DNA from: Chloroflexota bacterium
GTDB taxonomy: Bacteria > Chloroflexota > UBA11872
Length of the DNA stretch: 64,000 bases
Assembly: GCA_022821905.1 (NCBI GenBank)
Contig: JAJECS010000025.1
Span: 41,468-105,467 of the forward strand
Direction: 5' to 3'
Part shown: positions 8,808-17,311 of the stretch, piece after piece
Numbering within the stretch: the first letter of the stretch is position 1
Layout: every line of letters begins with the position of its first letter
Position numbers and translations under genes: made by a program
Notes under the pieces: model-generated
Told to the model about the DNA's origin: nothing
Databases searched by the model: none
The model's input: the letters and a program-made list of their open reading frames with translations, nothing else

Positions 8808-9359
8808 TCAGCTCCCGTCCAGCGTGCCCTCGATCTCGAGAATCGCGTCCAGAATCGTGCTGATCGACGGCCGGTCGCCTATGCCCTCGCCCACCTGCCG
8901 CCAGTGCACCACGCGGTGCTCCCCGATCAGCAGCACCGCCGGCGCGGCGACGCCGTCTCCTAGCAGGTCGAACACGCCGAAGCTCTCTGCCACCGCGTGA
9001 TCAGGGTCCGCCAGGATCGGATACTCCGCTCGCGTGTACTGCGCCATATCCGCGGCCCCCTCGACTTCGTCCGTGCTGATGGCGACCGGTCGGTACCCCA
9101 CCTCGGCGAAGAGGGGGATGGCTCCTTGCAGCTCCACGAGCTGCGCGCGGCAGATCCCTCAGAAGAAGCCCCGGTAGAACACCAGGATGACGCCCTGCCC
9201 GTCCTCAACCAGGCCGGACAGCGTCACCGCGTTGCCGTGCGCGTCCTGCACGGTGAAGTCCGGCGCGATCTCCGCGCCCTCCGGCGGCCCCTCCTCGCCG
9301 CATGCCAGCAGCAAGCTGCCCACCAGCGCGAGCGCGGCCAGAACGACCAGTGATTTCAT
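8808..9359 (-). CDS. Peroxiredoxin/redoxin-like (AhpC/TSA fold) lipoprotein with in-frame TGA at the first CxxC cysteine; candidate selenoprotein (or recent nonsense pseudogene)
   Basis: Track ORFs 9159..9425 and 8808..9137 share one frame. Read-through gives MKSLVVLAALALVGSLLLAC...VILVFYRGFF-[TGA 9161..9159]-GICRAQLVELQGAIPLFAEVGYRPVAISTDE... This matches the FYRG.WC..C..QL redoxin signature with TGA at the first Cys. Confidence 0.6.
9128..9144 (-). promoter_or_regulatory. SECIS-like hairpin 14 nt downstream of the in-frame UGA
   Basis: The mRNA reads UGA-GGGAUCUGCCGCGC-GCAGCUC-GUG-GAGCUGC. This is a perfect 7-bp stem with a G/U-containing apical loop about 22-24 nt from the UGA. Confidence 0.4.
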
Positions 9360-9428
9360 GCGGCAAGGATACGGCAGCATCGCCGCACGCGCGGCGCCGG
9401 ACGGCCCGTCCTTCCGTCTTTCCATCCG

Positions 9429-9496
9429 TCATTCCGGCGAAAGCCGGAATCCAGATCCGGCTCCCTCTCCCGGGGGAGAGGGCCGGGGTGAGGGGA
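9429..9496. repeat. REP-like hairpin cluster (attccggc-gaaa-gccggaat; ccctctcc-cggg-ggagaggg)
   Basis: Hairpins at 9431..9450 and 9463..9482, intergenic. The first family recurs at 17045..17064 and, inverted, at 30076..30095. Confidence 0.7.
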
Positions 9497-9578
9497 TTCG
9501 CGTCGCACCCTTGTCGCCAGCCCGCCCCCTATAGACTGGACCCCACCCGCGGCCCCCCGGCCTCATCCGGACCCCGCC

Positions 9579-10790
9579 ATGCGCATCACCCGCGTGCGGC
9601 TCATCGAGCTTCACGGCGAGCTCGACCACGACGGCGAGCTGTGGGAAGAGCGCGTCGTCCGCCCCATCGACGTCTACCCCGAGCACAAGCACGAGCGCGG
9701 CTACCCCATCGCGAGCGGCGGAGTCGGCCAGGAGCGCAACGCGCGCGGCGCCTATCCGATCTCGTCAATCTTCGTCTCGGTCGAGACTGACGAGGGCGTC
9801 AGCGGCCTGGCGGGAACCATCGACCGCCAAACCGCGTTCGTCATCGACACCGACGTCGCGCCGCTCGTCATCGGGGAGGACCCACTCGCCATCGAGCGCA
9901 TCTGGGACAAGCTCTATCGGCAGCTCATCCACGCCCGCAAGGGCCAGCCCATGTTCGCGATCAGCGCGCTCGACGTGGCGCTGTGGGACCTGAAAGGCAA
10001 ATGGCTGAACCAGCCGGTCTACCGCCTGCTGGGCGGTCCCGTGCGCGAAACTATCCCGGCCTACGCCAGCATGCTGGGCTATTCACTCGAGCCCGACCGC
10101 GTCACCTCCCGCGCGCGCGAGGTCGTGGGCGCGGGCTTTACTGCCACCAAGTGGTTCATGCGCCACGGGCCCGACGACGGCGAGCCGGGCGCCCGCGCCA
10201 ACGTGGAGCTGGCGCGCACCGTGCGTAAGGCCGTGGGCGACGACGTTGAGGTGATGCTCGATGCCTGGAACAGTTGGAACGCGCGCTACGCCATCGACAT
10301 GGCCCACCGCATGGCGGAATACCGCCCGCGCTGGATCGAGGAGCCGGTCAAGCCCGACGACATTCCCGCCTACGCCCGCATCCGCTCCGCCTCACCGGTC
10401 CCCATCGCCGGGGGCGAGCACGAGTACACCCGTTGGGGAACCCGCGACTACATGCGCGCCGGCGCCGTCGACGTCTTCCAGCCCGACACCATGTGGGCCG
10501 GCGGCATCAGCGAGCTCATGAAGATGGCCACCATCTGCTCGGTCTACGACGTCCCGATCGTGTTCCACGGATCGAGCGTGCCGGTAAACGTCCACATCAG
10601 CGCCGCGCTGCCGCCCACCCTCTGTCCCTACGTCGAGTACCTCATCAAGTGGAACGACATCCGCCAGCTGCACCTCAAGCACAAGGTCCAACCCACCAAC
10701 GGCCGCATCGCCCCCAGCAACGCCCCCGGCCTCGGCCTCGACATCGACGAATCCACCATCGCGGATCGCCGGGAGCTTTCCTGGCGGTAG
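9579..10790 (+). CDS. Enolase-superfamily acid-sugar dehydratase (mandelate racemase/muconate lactonizing family, L-rhamnonate dehydratase-like)
   Basis: 403 aa. Contains ALDVALWDLKGKWLNQPVYRLLGG, MLDAWNSW, WIEEP, AGGEHE, FQPD and VFHGSSV blocks, arranged as in RhamD-type enzymes. Confidence 0.8.
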   Translation: MRITRVRLIELHGELDHDGELWEERVVRPIDVYPEHKHERGYPIASGGVGQERNARGAYPISSIFVSVETDEGVSGLAGTIDRQTAFVIDTDVAPLVIGEDPLAIERIWDKLYRQLIHARKGQPMFAISALDVALWDLKGKWLNQPVYRLLGGPVRETIPAYASMLGYSLEPDRVTSRAREVVGAGFTATKWFMRHGPDDGEPGARANVELARTVRKAVGDDVEVMLDAWNSWNARYAIDMAHRMAEYRPRWIEEPVKPDDIPAYARIRSASPVPIAGGEHEYTRWGTRDYMRAGAVDVFQPDTMWAGGISELMKMATICSVYDVPIVFHGSSVPVNVHISAALPPTLCPYVEYLIKWNDIRQLHLKHKVQPTNGRIAPSNAPGLGLDIDESTIADRRELSWR

Positions 10791-10828
10791 CGGGCCAAAC
10801 CGGATTCGCAGATCGTCGTCCAGCCGAT

Positions 10829-11134
10829 TTAGCGACCGCGTGCGTCCAGTGCGAGGGCGAACCGCTCGACATCCAACTGCTCCGTGCGCTCGCGGGCCTG
10901 CCACAAGTCATGGGCCGTCTGCATCCCCAGCCAAGTCTCGGGCGTCGAGCCGAACGCCTTGGACAGACGCACCGCCATCTCCACCGAGACGCCGGCCCGC
11001 TCGTTCACCAGCTCCGACAGCGCCTGCCGAGTCACGCCCAGGCCCTGCGCCGCCCGCGTCACCGACAACCCAAGCGGCTCCAGGCACTGCCGCTTTACAA
11101 TCCCGCCCGGATGCGGCGGCGCATGCATGGTCAT
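10829..11134 (-). CDS. higA: HigA-family antitoxin (XRE-type HTH)
   Basis: HPGGIVKRQCLEPLGLSVTRAAQGLGVTRQALSELVNERAGVSVEMAVRLSKAFGSTPETWLGMQ. Lies immediately downstream of higB. Confidence 0.85.
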   Translation of the reverse strand: MTMHAPPHPGGIVKRQCLEPLGLSVTRAAQGLGVTRQALSELVNERAGVSVEMAVRLSKAFGSTPETWLGMQTAHDLWQARERTEQLDVERFALALDARGR

Positions 11135-11145
11135 GCCGGCTCCTT

Positions 11146-11424
11146 TCAGTGATAGTCCGTGTAGTCCACGTCCGCTGCATGACCGTTCTCAAAGCGGAAG
11201 GTCACCCGCCAGTTTCCCGACACCGAGACGGCGTAGTGATTGCGTAGGGAACCCTTCAATCGGTGCAGCCGAAACCCAGGCAAATCTATATCCTGAGGCC
11301 CACGACTCTGGTCCAGTACAGCCAGAATGTCCCGTAGTTTGCGGACGTGAGCCGGTGCCACGCGCTGTGCGCCTCGGCCGCGGTAGAGCGCCCGCAGTCC
11401 CCGGTGCTTGAACGAAACGATCAC
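11146..11424 (-). CDS. higB: HigB-family toxin (RelE/ParE superfamily, plasmid-maintenance killer)
   Basis: MIVSFKHRGLRALY...LHRLKGSLRNHYAVSVSGNWRVTFRFENGHAADVDYTDYH, 92 aa, GTG start. The toxin-first order is typical of higBA. Confidence 0.85.
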   Translation of the reverse strand: MIVSFKHRGLRALYRGRGAQRVAPAHVRKLRDILAVLDQSRGPQDIDLPGFRLHRLKGSLRNHYAVSVSGNWRVTFRFENGHAADVDYTDYH

Positions 11425-11455
11425 GCCGTAGCATTGTGGGGTGTCGCCCGTCGCC

Positions 11456-11467
11456 TGTCAATTGACA
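11456..11467 (-). promoter_or_regulatory. Perfect palindrome TGTCAATTGACA upstream of higBA (candidate operator overlapping a TTGACA -35 box)
   Basis: 32 nt upstream of the higB start. On the minus strand, TTGACA is followed 17 nt later by CACAAT. Confidence 0.35.
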
Positions 11468-11565
11468 CCGATGCGATGTGGTTAGCTACCGTGACGCGGC
11501 GAGAGAATTCGGCTGGGGCTCGGGTATCGGGATTCCGAAGGGCCCTCCGAGGGCCGAGCCTACGT

Positions 11566-13365
11566 CTATCCCGGCGTCTCGTAGGCGAAGTCCCACCCGT
11601 CCCACTTGCGCAGGGGCTTGATGGTGCGGGGCAGGTCGGGCTCGCCGGCGGCTTGCCAGGCGGCGATCTCGTCCTGGTGGCCCAGGCGTTTCAGGCCGCT
11701 CCACATGGGTTGGTGGTTCGCCCGACCGCAGCCGCCCGCCGCGTCCCAGAAGAACATGTGGCCCGCGCCGGCCTCGTAGACCGTTGACGCCCGGCGGCGA
11801 AAGTCCTCCGGCGACTGGTGCCGCGGCATCAGGTTCGGGGCCAGCACGCAGTCGGTGCCGCGGACGAGGTCCACGAAGAACGCCAGCTGCGATGGATCCG
11901 TCCATGATGGATGGTGGCTGTCGTAGACCGGCTCCGAGCTGTAGGGAATCAGCGTGTCGATCAATCCCTCGTCGAGCCAGGCGCGCAGGTCGATGCCGTC
12001 CTGCAGGTTCTCCTGCTCGGTGGCCGCCACCACCGCGCCCACGTCGATCCGCGACCCCCGCGCCTCACCCGCCTCGTCCATCGCCGCGCGCACCTCGCGC
12101 ATGAAGCCCGTCAGCGTCCGCGCGCGGTAGGCCAGCCAGCGCGGGTCGTCCGCCGCAAGCTCGCGCGGGTCGAGTCCGAATTCCTGCTGAAAGCCCTGCA
12201 CCACCGGCGGCTCGTATTCCACCAGCGGCATGCGGCGGTTGAACAGCAGGCACACGCCGTCGACCGGCCGCTCCACGATCTCCCGCAGCAGCGAGATCAC
12301 GAACTCGCGCACGGCGGGATAGCTGTAGGCCATGCGCGGCGTGCGATTGCCCGCCCGGTCCTCGCCGCGGCACTCGGGATGCCGGTCGAAGAAGACTTCC
12401 CCCAGGCTCGCGCCGTCCAGCGGCGGCGGGTACTTGAACCCCGCCACGCGGTAGCAGGCGTGGAACTCCATGCCCAGCGCGTGCGTGTGCGCCACGGCCA
12501 CGTCGAACGGGTCCACGCCCTGCTGCTGAAACTCGCGCCAGCTCTCGGCGTGCATGCGGTCGCCGCGCCTCCCGAAGTCCTCTTGCCCCTCCATGATCTC
12601 GGCGCGGGCTACGCGGCTGAAGAACCGCGTGCGGTCGCCGCCGCCCGCCTCCCAGTAGATGCGGGAGACGTCAGTGTCGCGATAGGGCTCGATCTCGCGC
12701 CGCACCTCTTCCTCGGTGGTGAGGCGGAACAGGTAGTGCGGTCCGTGCGAGTCGTTGTGGGCGAACAGGCGACGCGTATCCGTCCGCGCCTGGTCCGACT
12801 GCCAGATTTCGAGTTCGTCGTAGGTCAGCGGCACCAGCTTCACGTAGGCGACGCGCGCCGCCGGACCGCTGAACGACCCCGGCGCGTCCCCCGGCGCCAC
12901 CCGCCGGACCAACTGGGCGATATCGAGGCTCTTGTCCGTGAGGTCGGCGATCTTCCAGAACATCTCCGCCACCGCCGGACCGTGCCAATCCGGCAGCAGC
13001 CGGCTTTGCAGCGATGACAGGTCGAGCGTCAGCAATGAGTGGGTGTCGTCGCCGCTGAGCTTGACCGCCACGGCAATCGTGGCGGTGTCGTCGGTGCACT
13101 TGAAATTCGGCACGATGCCCACCGATACCGCGTGCCAGCCACTGGCGCGCAGTGGAAAGCTCACCGCCGGCGCGGCGGTCTCCGGCCCCGCCGCAATCAT
13201 GGTTCCGGTCACGTCGTCGGTCTCGAACGACATGGTTCGCCAGTGCCCCCGCTTGCCGGTGGCGCTCAACGCCGAGGCCGGCTCGCAGCGGTCCAGGTCC
13301 GTGCGGTACTGCGGCGGGCTGCTGAGCCAGCCGTCGGCAAAGAGATCGGTCGCGGCTGCCGTCAT
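11566..13365 (-). CDS. Uncharacterised about 600-aa protein, paralog 1 (beta-sandwich N-terminus + TIM-barrel glycoside-hydrolase-like core, family not assignable)
   Basis: ATG at 13365 lies 8 nt after AGGAGG. About 60% aa identity by eye to 13503..15269. Shared blocks include RLFAH.D.HGPHYL.RL, YWEAG.GD, HAESWREF, YRVAGF.YPPP, DGVCLL.NRR.PLVEYEPPVV and FFWDAAGG. Confidence 0.7.
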   Translation of the reverse strand: MTAAATDLFADGWLSSPPQYRTDLDRCEPASALSATGKRGHWRTMSFETDDVTGTMIAAGPETAAPAVSFPLRASGWHAVSVGIVPNFKCTDDTATIAVAVKLSGDDTHSLLTLDLSSLQSRLLPDWHGPAVAEMFWKIADLTDKSLDIAQLVRRVAPGDAPGSFSGPAARVAYVKLVPLTYDELEIWQSDQARTDTRRLFAHNDSHGPHYLFRLTTEEEVRREIEPYRDTDVSRIYWEAGGGDRTRFFSRVARAEIMEGQEDFGRRGDRMHAESWREFQQQGVDPFDVAVAHTHALGMEFHACYRVAGFKYPPPLDGASLGEVFFDRHPECRGEDRAGNRTPRMAYSYPAVREFVISLLREIVERPVDGVCLLFNRRMPLVEYEPPVVQGFQQEFGLDPRELAADDPRWLAYRARTLTGFMREVRAAMDEAGEARGSRIDVGAVVAATEQENLQDGIDLRAWLDEGLIDTLIPYSSEPVYDSHHPSWTDPSQLAFFVDLVRGTDCVLAPNLMPRHQSPEDFRRRASTVYEAGAGHMFFWDAAGGCGRANHQPMWSGLKRLGHQDEIAAWQAAGEPDLPRTIKPLRKWDGWDFAYETPG

Positions 13366-13400
13366 ACCCACCGCCTCCTATCGACTAGATTGCTGGTCCG

Positions 13401-13460
13401 ACCCCCTCTCCCTCGACTTCTGCTCCCTCCACCTGGAAGGGGGAGGGTTGGGGAGGGGGT
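13401..13460. repeat. Imperfect palindromic CT/GA-rich intergenic element (accccctc...gagggggt)
   Basis: Intergenic, between the two paralogs. Similar in style to the ccctctcc/ggagaggg hairpin at 9463..9482. Confidence 0.5.
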
Positions 13461-13502
13461 CAACGTGAGGGTGAATTCCGCCAGCTCAGAGCCCATCCGT
13501 GG

Positions 13503-15269
13503 TCACCCCGGCGTCGTGTAGGACAGGTCCCAATCGTCCAGCACGTCTACGTCGTGGACGGTGGGTTGCAGGGAAGGCTCACCCGCCGTGCGCCATGCCT
13601 CGATCTCGTCGCCGTGTCCCAGCCGCCGCAGCGCGTTCCACATCGCGCCAAAGTGCGCCCGTCCGGAGCCGCCTGCGGCATCCCAGAAGAACAGGTGATC
13701 GGCGCTCGCGCCGTAGATTCCCGCGGCCTGGCGGCGCACGTCTTCGGGCGAGCGGTGGCGCGGCATCATCCCCGGCGCCAGCACGCAGTCCGTCCCGCGC
13801 ACCAGCTCCACGAAAGAGGCCAGATCCGCCGGGTTCTCCCACGACACCGCGTGCGAGTCGCCGCCGGGCGCCGAGGTGTAGGGGATCAGCGTGTCGACGA
13901 TTCCTTCCTCGACCCAGGCTCCCAGGTCGATCGCGTTCTGAAGGTTCTCCCGCTCGCTGCTCATCACTACGGCAGAGACGCCAAGGCGCTTGCCGTGCGC
14001 CGCGCCCATCTCGTCCATCGCCTGCCGCACCTCGCGCATGAACTGGGTCAACTCGCGCGCGCGGAACCGCAGCCAACGCTCGTCGTCCGCCGGCAGGGCG
14101 TGCGGATCGAGGCCGTATTCGTCCTTGAAGGCCGCGACCACCGGCGGCTCGTACTCCACCAGCGGCAGGCGCCGGTTGTAGAGCAGGCACACGCCGTCGA
14201 TGGGCCGCTCGGCCATCTCGCGCAGCAGCGACACCACGTAGGCCCGCACCTCGGGATAGGAATAGGCAATGCGCGGGGTCGTCTGGCCGTTGCGGTCCAC
14301 GCCGCGCCATTCCGGGTGCGCGGCGGCGAACGTGTCCCCGAGATTGAAGTGATCGATCGGCGGTGGGTACAGGAAGCCCGCCACGCGGTATGAAGCGTGA
14401 ATCTCCAACCCGGCGTCGTGGCAGTGCTCGATGGCGACATCGAGCGGGTCCACGCCCAACTCGCGAAACTCCCGCCAGCTCTCGGCGTGCAGCCGGTCGC
14501 CCACACGGGCGAAGTCCTCGGCCTCGTCAAAGGTGCACCAGCGCGCGATCTTGCTGAAGTAGTAGCTGATGTCGCCTTCGCCGGCCTCCCAATACATGCG
14601 GGAAAAGTCGCTGTGGCGATAGGGTTCGATCTCGCGCCGGATGCCCTCGGCATCGTTCAGCCGCCACAGGTAGTGCGGTCCGTGCGCGTCCTGGTGGGCG
14701 AAGAGCCGTCGGGTGTCGGTGCGCTGATGCTCGGCCTGCGCCTCGTCTACCTCGGCGTCGGTGAGCGGCACCAGCTTGACATAAGCAATGCGCACGATCT
14801 CCGACCGCCAGGCGCCAACCGCATCCACCGGCGCCGTCTGCCACTGCGGCTGCCCCAGCACCAACTGTTGGCCGGTCAAGTCCGCCGTGCGCCAATACAA
14901 CTCCACGATTTGCAGGTCGTGCCCGATCTCGGGATGCGCCGGCTGTGACGTCAACACCGTCGGCGTCGCGTCGCCGCTCAACCGTGCCAGCACTTTCAAT
15001 TGAGCGCTCTCATAGCCCGGCGGCGGCATGACGCCGAGCGAGACTGCGTGCCAGCCGCTCGCGTTCAGATCGAGCGTGACGTCCGGCGCCGCCGTCTCGG
15101 GACCGGCCAGCAGCATCCGGCCGCTCAGGTCGCCGGCGGTATAGGCCATCGCGCGCCAGCGGTGAAAAGCCGGCACCGGACCCACGGCGTCCGCCGGCTG
15201 CACGGCGCTCAGGTCGGTGATGTAGACCGGGTCGTTGACCAACCCGCGGTCGGCGATGCGATCCGTCAT
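13503..15269 (-). CDS. Uncharacterised about 590-aa protein, paralog 2 of 11566..13365
   Basis: ATG at 15269 follows AGGTGAGGTG (MTDRIADRGLVNDPVYITDL...). The track ORF extends to 15377. Confidence 0.7.
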   Translation of the reverse strand: MTDRIADRGLVNDPVYITDLSAVQPADAVGPVPAFHRWRAMAYTAGDLSGRMLLAGPETAAPDVTLDLNASGWHAVSLGVMPPPGYESAQLKVLARLSGDATPTVLTSQPAHPEIGHDLQIVELYWRTADLTGQQLVLGQPQWQTAPVDAVGAWRSEIVRIAYVKLVPLTDAEVDEAQAEHQRTDTRRLFAHQDAHGPHYLWRLNDAEGIRREIEPYRHSDFSRMYWEAGEGDISYYFSKIARWCTFDEAEDFARVGDRLHAESWREFRELGVDPLDVAIEHCHDAGLEIHASYRVAGFLYPPPIDHFNLGDTFAAAHPEWRGVDRNGQTTPRIAYSYPEVRAYVVSLLREMAERPIDGVCLLYNRRLPLVEYEPPVVAAFKDEYGLDPHALPADDERWLRFRARELTQFMREVRQAMDEMGAAHGKRLGVSAVVMSSERENLQNAIDLGAWVEEGIVDTLIPYTSAPGGDSHAVSWENPADLASFVELVRGTDCVLAPGMMPRHRSPEDVRRQAAGIYGASADHLFFWDAAGGSGRAHFGAMWNALRRLGHGDEIEAWRTAGEPSLQPTVHDVDVLDDWDLSYTTPG

Positions 15270-15586
15270 ACGCACCTCACCTTGATGTGGAGGCCGCGGC
15301 AGACATCTTGGTCCCGCAGCCACCTCCGGCGGCATGGAGGTTGCCGCACCATACGCTCCGATGCTCCGGCAGCACAACTCATTCTCCGTCCAAGCTTCTC
15401 AAGCCAACTCTGTCCATTGCGCCCTGGTTTTCTGCAAAGTCAGGGAGGTAGGTGGGAAGTCATCGCCGAAGCCCCATTTGCTCGTAAGCGTTTGATTGCT
15501 TCCAGCGGCGTTTGTTCCCCGTTCGCTTGGCATCGGTCCGGTACCCTGGATTCAAGTCCGGCGGATGTGCTTGTGATAGTATTTGA

Positions 15587-16165
15587 GTGACTAATAGCTT
15601 CTCTTGGAGCCTAATTATTCTGGCTGGCAGCGGCACAACCGCATTGGCACTTAGTAGGGCGAGGGATCTTCAGATAAACCCAGGAATGCTAATGCTATTG
15701 CTTGCCATTCTAATCATGGTCTCCGCTTTTGTTTGCAGTGAATCGGGGCGAACTTCTGAACTAATCCTCCATCGTAATATCTGGCGTAAATCTGGGATCA
15801 CAGACTACACTCTTGAATATCAGGAGATTCGCCCTTTCGGTGGAGAATACATTAGATCCCATGTAACGAATGGTGTTGTCTCAACCCTCGAACACGCGGG
15901 TTCTGGCATCGTCATCTATCCTAATTCACGTGAGAGGCCTGATGCGTACTCTGGCATGTCGGAAAGAAAAGTGAATTACTTGCTCAGTATCGCTACGATT
16001 GATGGATTGTTTGCGATGATCCAAGAGGAAAGACCTTGGAATCGAGATGATGCTTCCGTGAGCTATAACGCTGAGCTTGGATATCCCGAGATGTTTCTGA
16101 TATATCATCGCGAAGCGATAGATGGATTTTACGGAATAAGAATCCTATCTCTCTCACCTAGCTAG
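15587..16165 (+). CDS. Orphan protein in a low-GC island (possibly DUF6174-like lipoprotein)
   Basis: Sharp GC drop across about 15380..16373. GTG start at 15587. An alternative ATG at 15686 gives the signal-like MLMLLLAILIMVSAFVC. The C-terminal IDGLFAMI...VSYNAELGYPEMFLIY pattern is recalled only weakly from DUF6174. Confidence 0.5.
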   Translation: MTNSFSWSLIILAGSGTTALALSRARDLQINPGMLMLLLAILIMVSAFVCSESGRTSELILHRNIWRKSGITDYTLEYQEIRPFGGEYIRSHVTNGVVSTLEHAGSGIVIYPNSRERPDAYSGMSERKVNYLLSIATIDGLFAMIQEERPWNRDDASVSYNAELGYPEMFLIYHREAIDGFYGIRILSLSPS

Positions 16166-16373
16166 ATCGTCTGTCGGTCAACGCTATACTACAGCTCGAA
16201 TTGAGCAATGGAGTTTCATGTCGATGAAGGAAGCCGATGCTGGCCGTTCGAAAGCGCATGTCACATGAATGGTGCAATGAGCTTGCACTGAATTGATATG
16301 GACCGTTTCCTTCGCATGGGGCTTACGTCGCTTTGGACCGTCGTAGTCCTTGCAGTGTCAGATTTCGGATTGT

Positions 16374-16937
16374 TCACGGCTGGGACTCGTGGGAATTCTC
16401 GGCCATGCTGTGCAGCTTGCCGACTGTGCGCCAGTTGCGGATGGTGATGGTCGTTCCCAGCACGCGGTCGAAATAGTCGACCGTCAGCTTCGACCGCGCC
16501 GTGCCATTCGGGAAGTGCAGATAGACCTCGCGTCCCCGCACTTCGAAGGCATCGCGCGGCGAGCGGTCGGGCTCCAGCTCAGCGATCCGCGCCGCGCTGG
16601 GCGCCTCGACCAGGAATCCCACGTGAAGCTGCGCCGGGTCCGCCCCCACCGCCAGAAACGGATTGCCGCTCACGATCGCGCTCAACTCCGCCGCCGTCCG
16701 CGTCACGACGGGAACCTGGAATCCCTTGGCGGCGGCGATCTCCGCCTCGATGAGCTCCGGAATTCGCTCCGCCAGCGCCGGCTCCGCCCGGAACACGACG
16801 TTGCCGCTTTGGATATACGTGCGCACGTCCGTGCAGCCGGCCGCCTCGAACATCGCCCGCAACTCCGCCATCAGCAGCTTCTTCGTGCCGCCGACGTTGA
16901 TGGCGCGCAGAAGTGCGATGTAAGTGCCGCCGCTCAT
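16374..16937 (-). CDS. DUF1697 domain protein
   Basis: MSGGTYIALLRAINVGGTKKLLMAELRAMFEAAGCTDVRTYIQSGNVVF is the canonical DUF1697 N-terminus. ATG at 16937 lies inside track ORF 16374..16976. Confidence 0.8.
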   Translation of the reverse strand: MSGGTYIALLRAINVGGTKKLLMAELRAMFEAAGCTDVRTYIQSGNVVFRAEPALAERIPELIEAEIAAAKGFQVPVVTRTAAELSAIVSGNPFLAVGADPAQLHVGFLVEAPSAARIAELEPDRSPRDAFEVRGREVYLHFPNGTARSKLTVDYFDRVLGTTITIRNWRTVGKLHSMAENSHESQP

Positions 16938-17044
16938 GCGTCGCTCCTCTGCGTTCGTGGCCGATTGGCAAGGCACCGCTAAGTATCGGCCATCCGCTCC
17001 GGGCCAGCGTTCTCCCGTAGGAGACCCTTGGGTAACCCCTTGTC

Positions 17045-17272
17045 ATTCCCGCGAAGGCGGGAATCCACCCTTCATTGAACCTGGAGGCGGACAGGGTGGG
17101 CCCGGTCATATCCAAGCCCGGCTGGGTTTCGCAAGGGTCTTCGTAGGGGCGAGTTTCAAACTCGCCCGTTCACAGCCGGACCGTCACATGGTCGTGGTGA
17201 GATCTGAGAGATGCTCACGACAGGCTCGTCTGCCCGCTCGTGGTGAGCCCGTCGAACCACACCGGATGGCCG
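17045..17272. repeat. Cluster of REP-like elements (three hairpin families)
   Basis: attcccgc-gaag-gcgggaat at 17045..17064. gggcgag-tttcaaa-ctcgccc at 17147..17167. A 41-bp unit gcccgctcgtggtgagcccgtcgaaccacaccggatggccg at 17232..17272. Confidence 0.7.
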
Positions 17273-17311
17273 GCGCCTAGGCCGTCCTCGCAGGCGAGAC
17301 CCGTACCCCGA

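Noticed and set aside
9159-9425. Treating 9159..9425 and 8808..9137 as two independent small genes
   Set aside because: The upstream piece would end in the middle of the redoxin active-site motif. The downstream piece would start at an internal GTG without a ribosome-binding site and would lack the N-terminal beta-strands of the fold. The shared frame argues for one gene, either recoded or a pseudogene.
15540-15563. T-arm-like motif ggtaccctggattcaagtccggcgg at the left edge of the low-GC island, considered as a possible tRNA-derived att site
   Set aside because: The putative T-stem has mismatches, there is no acceptor stem and no second copy at the other island edge.
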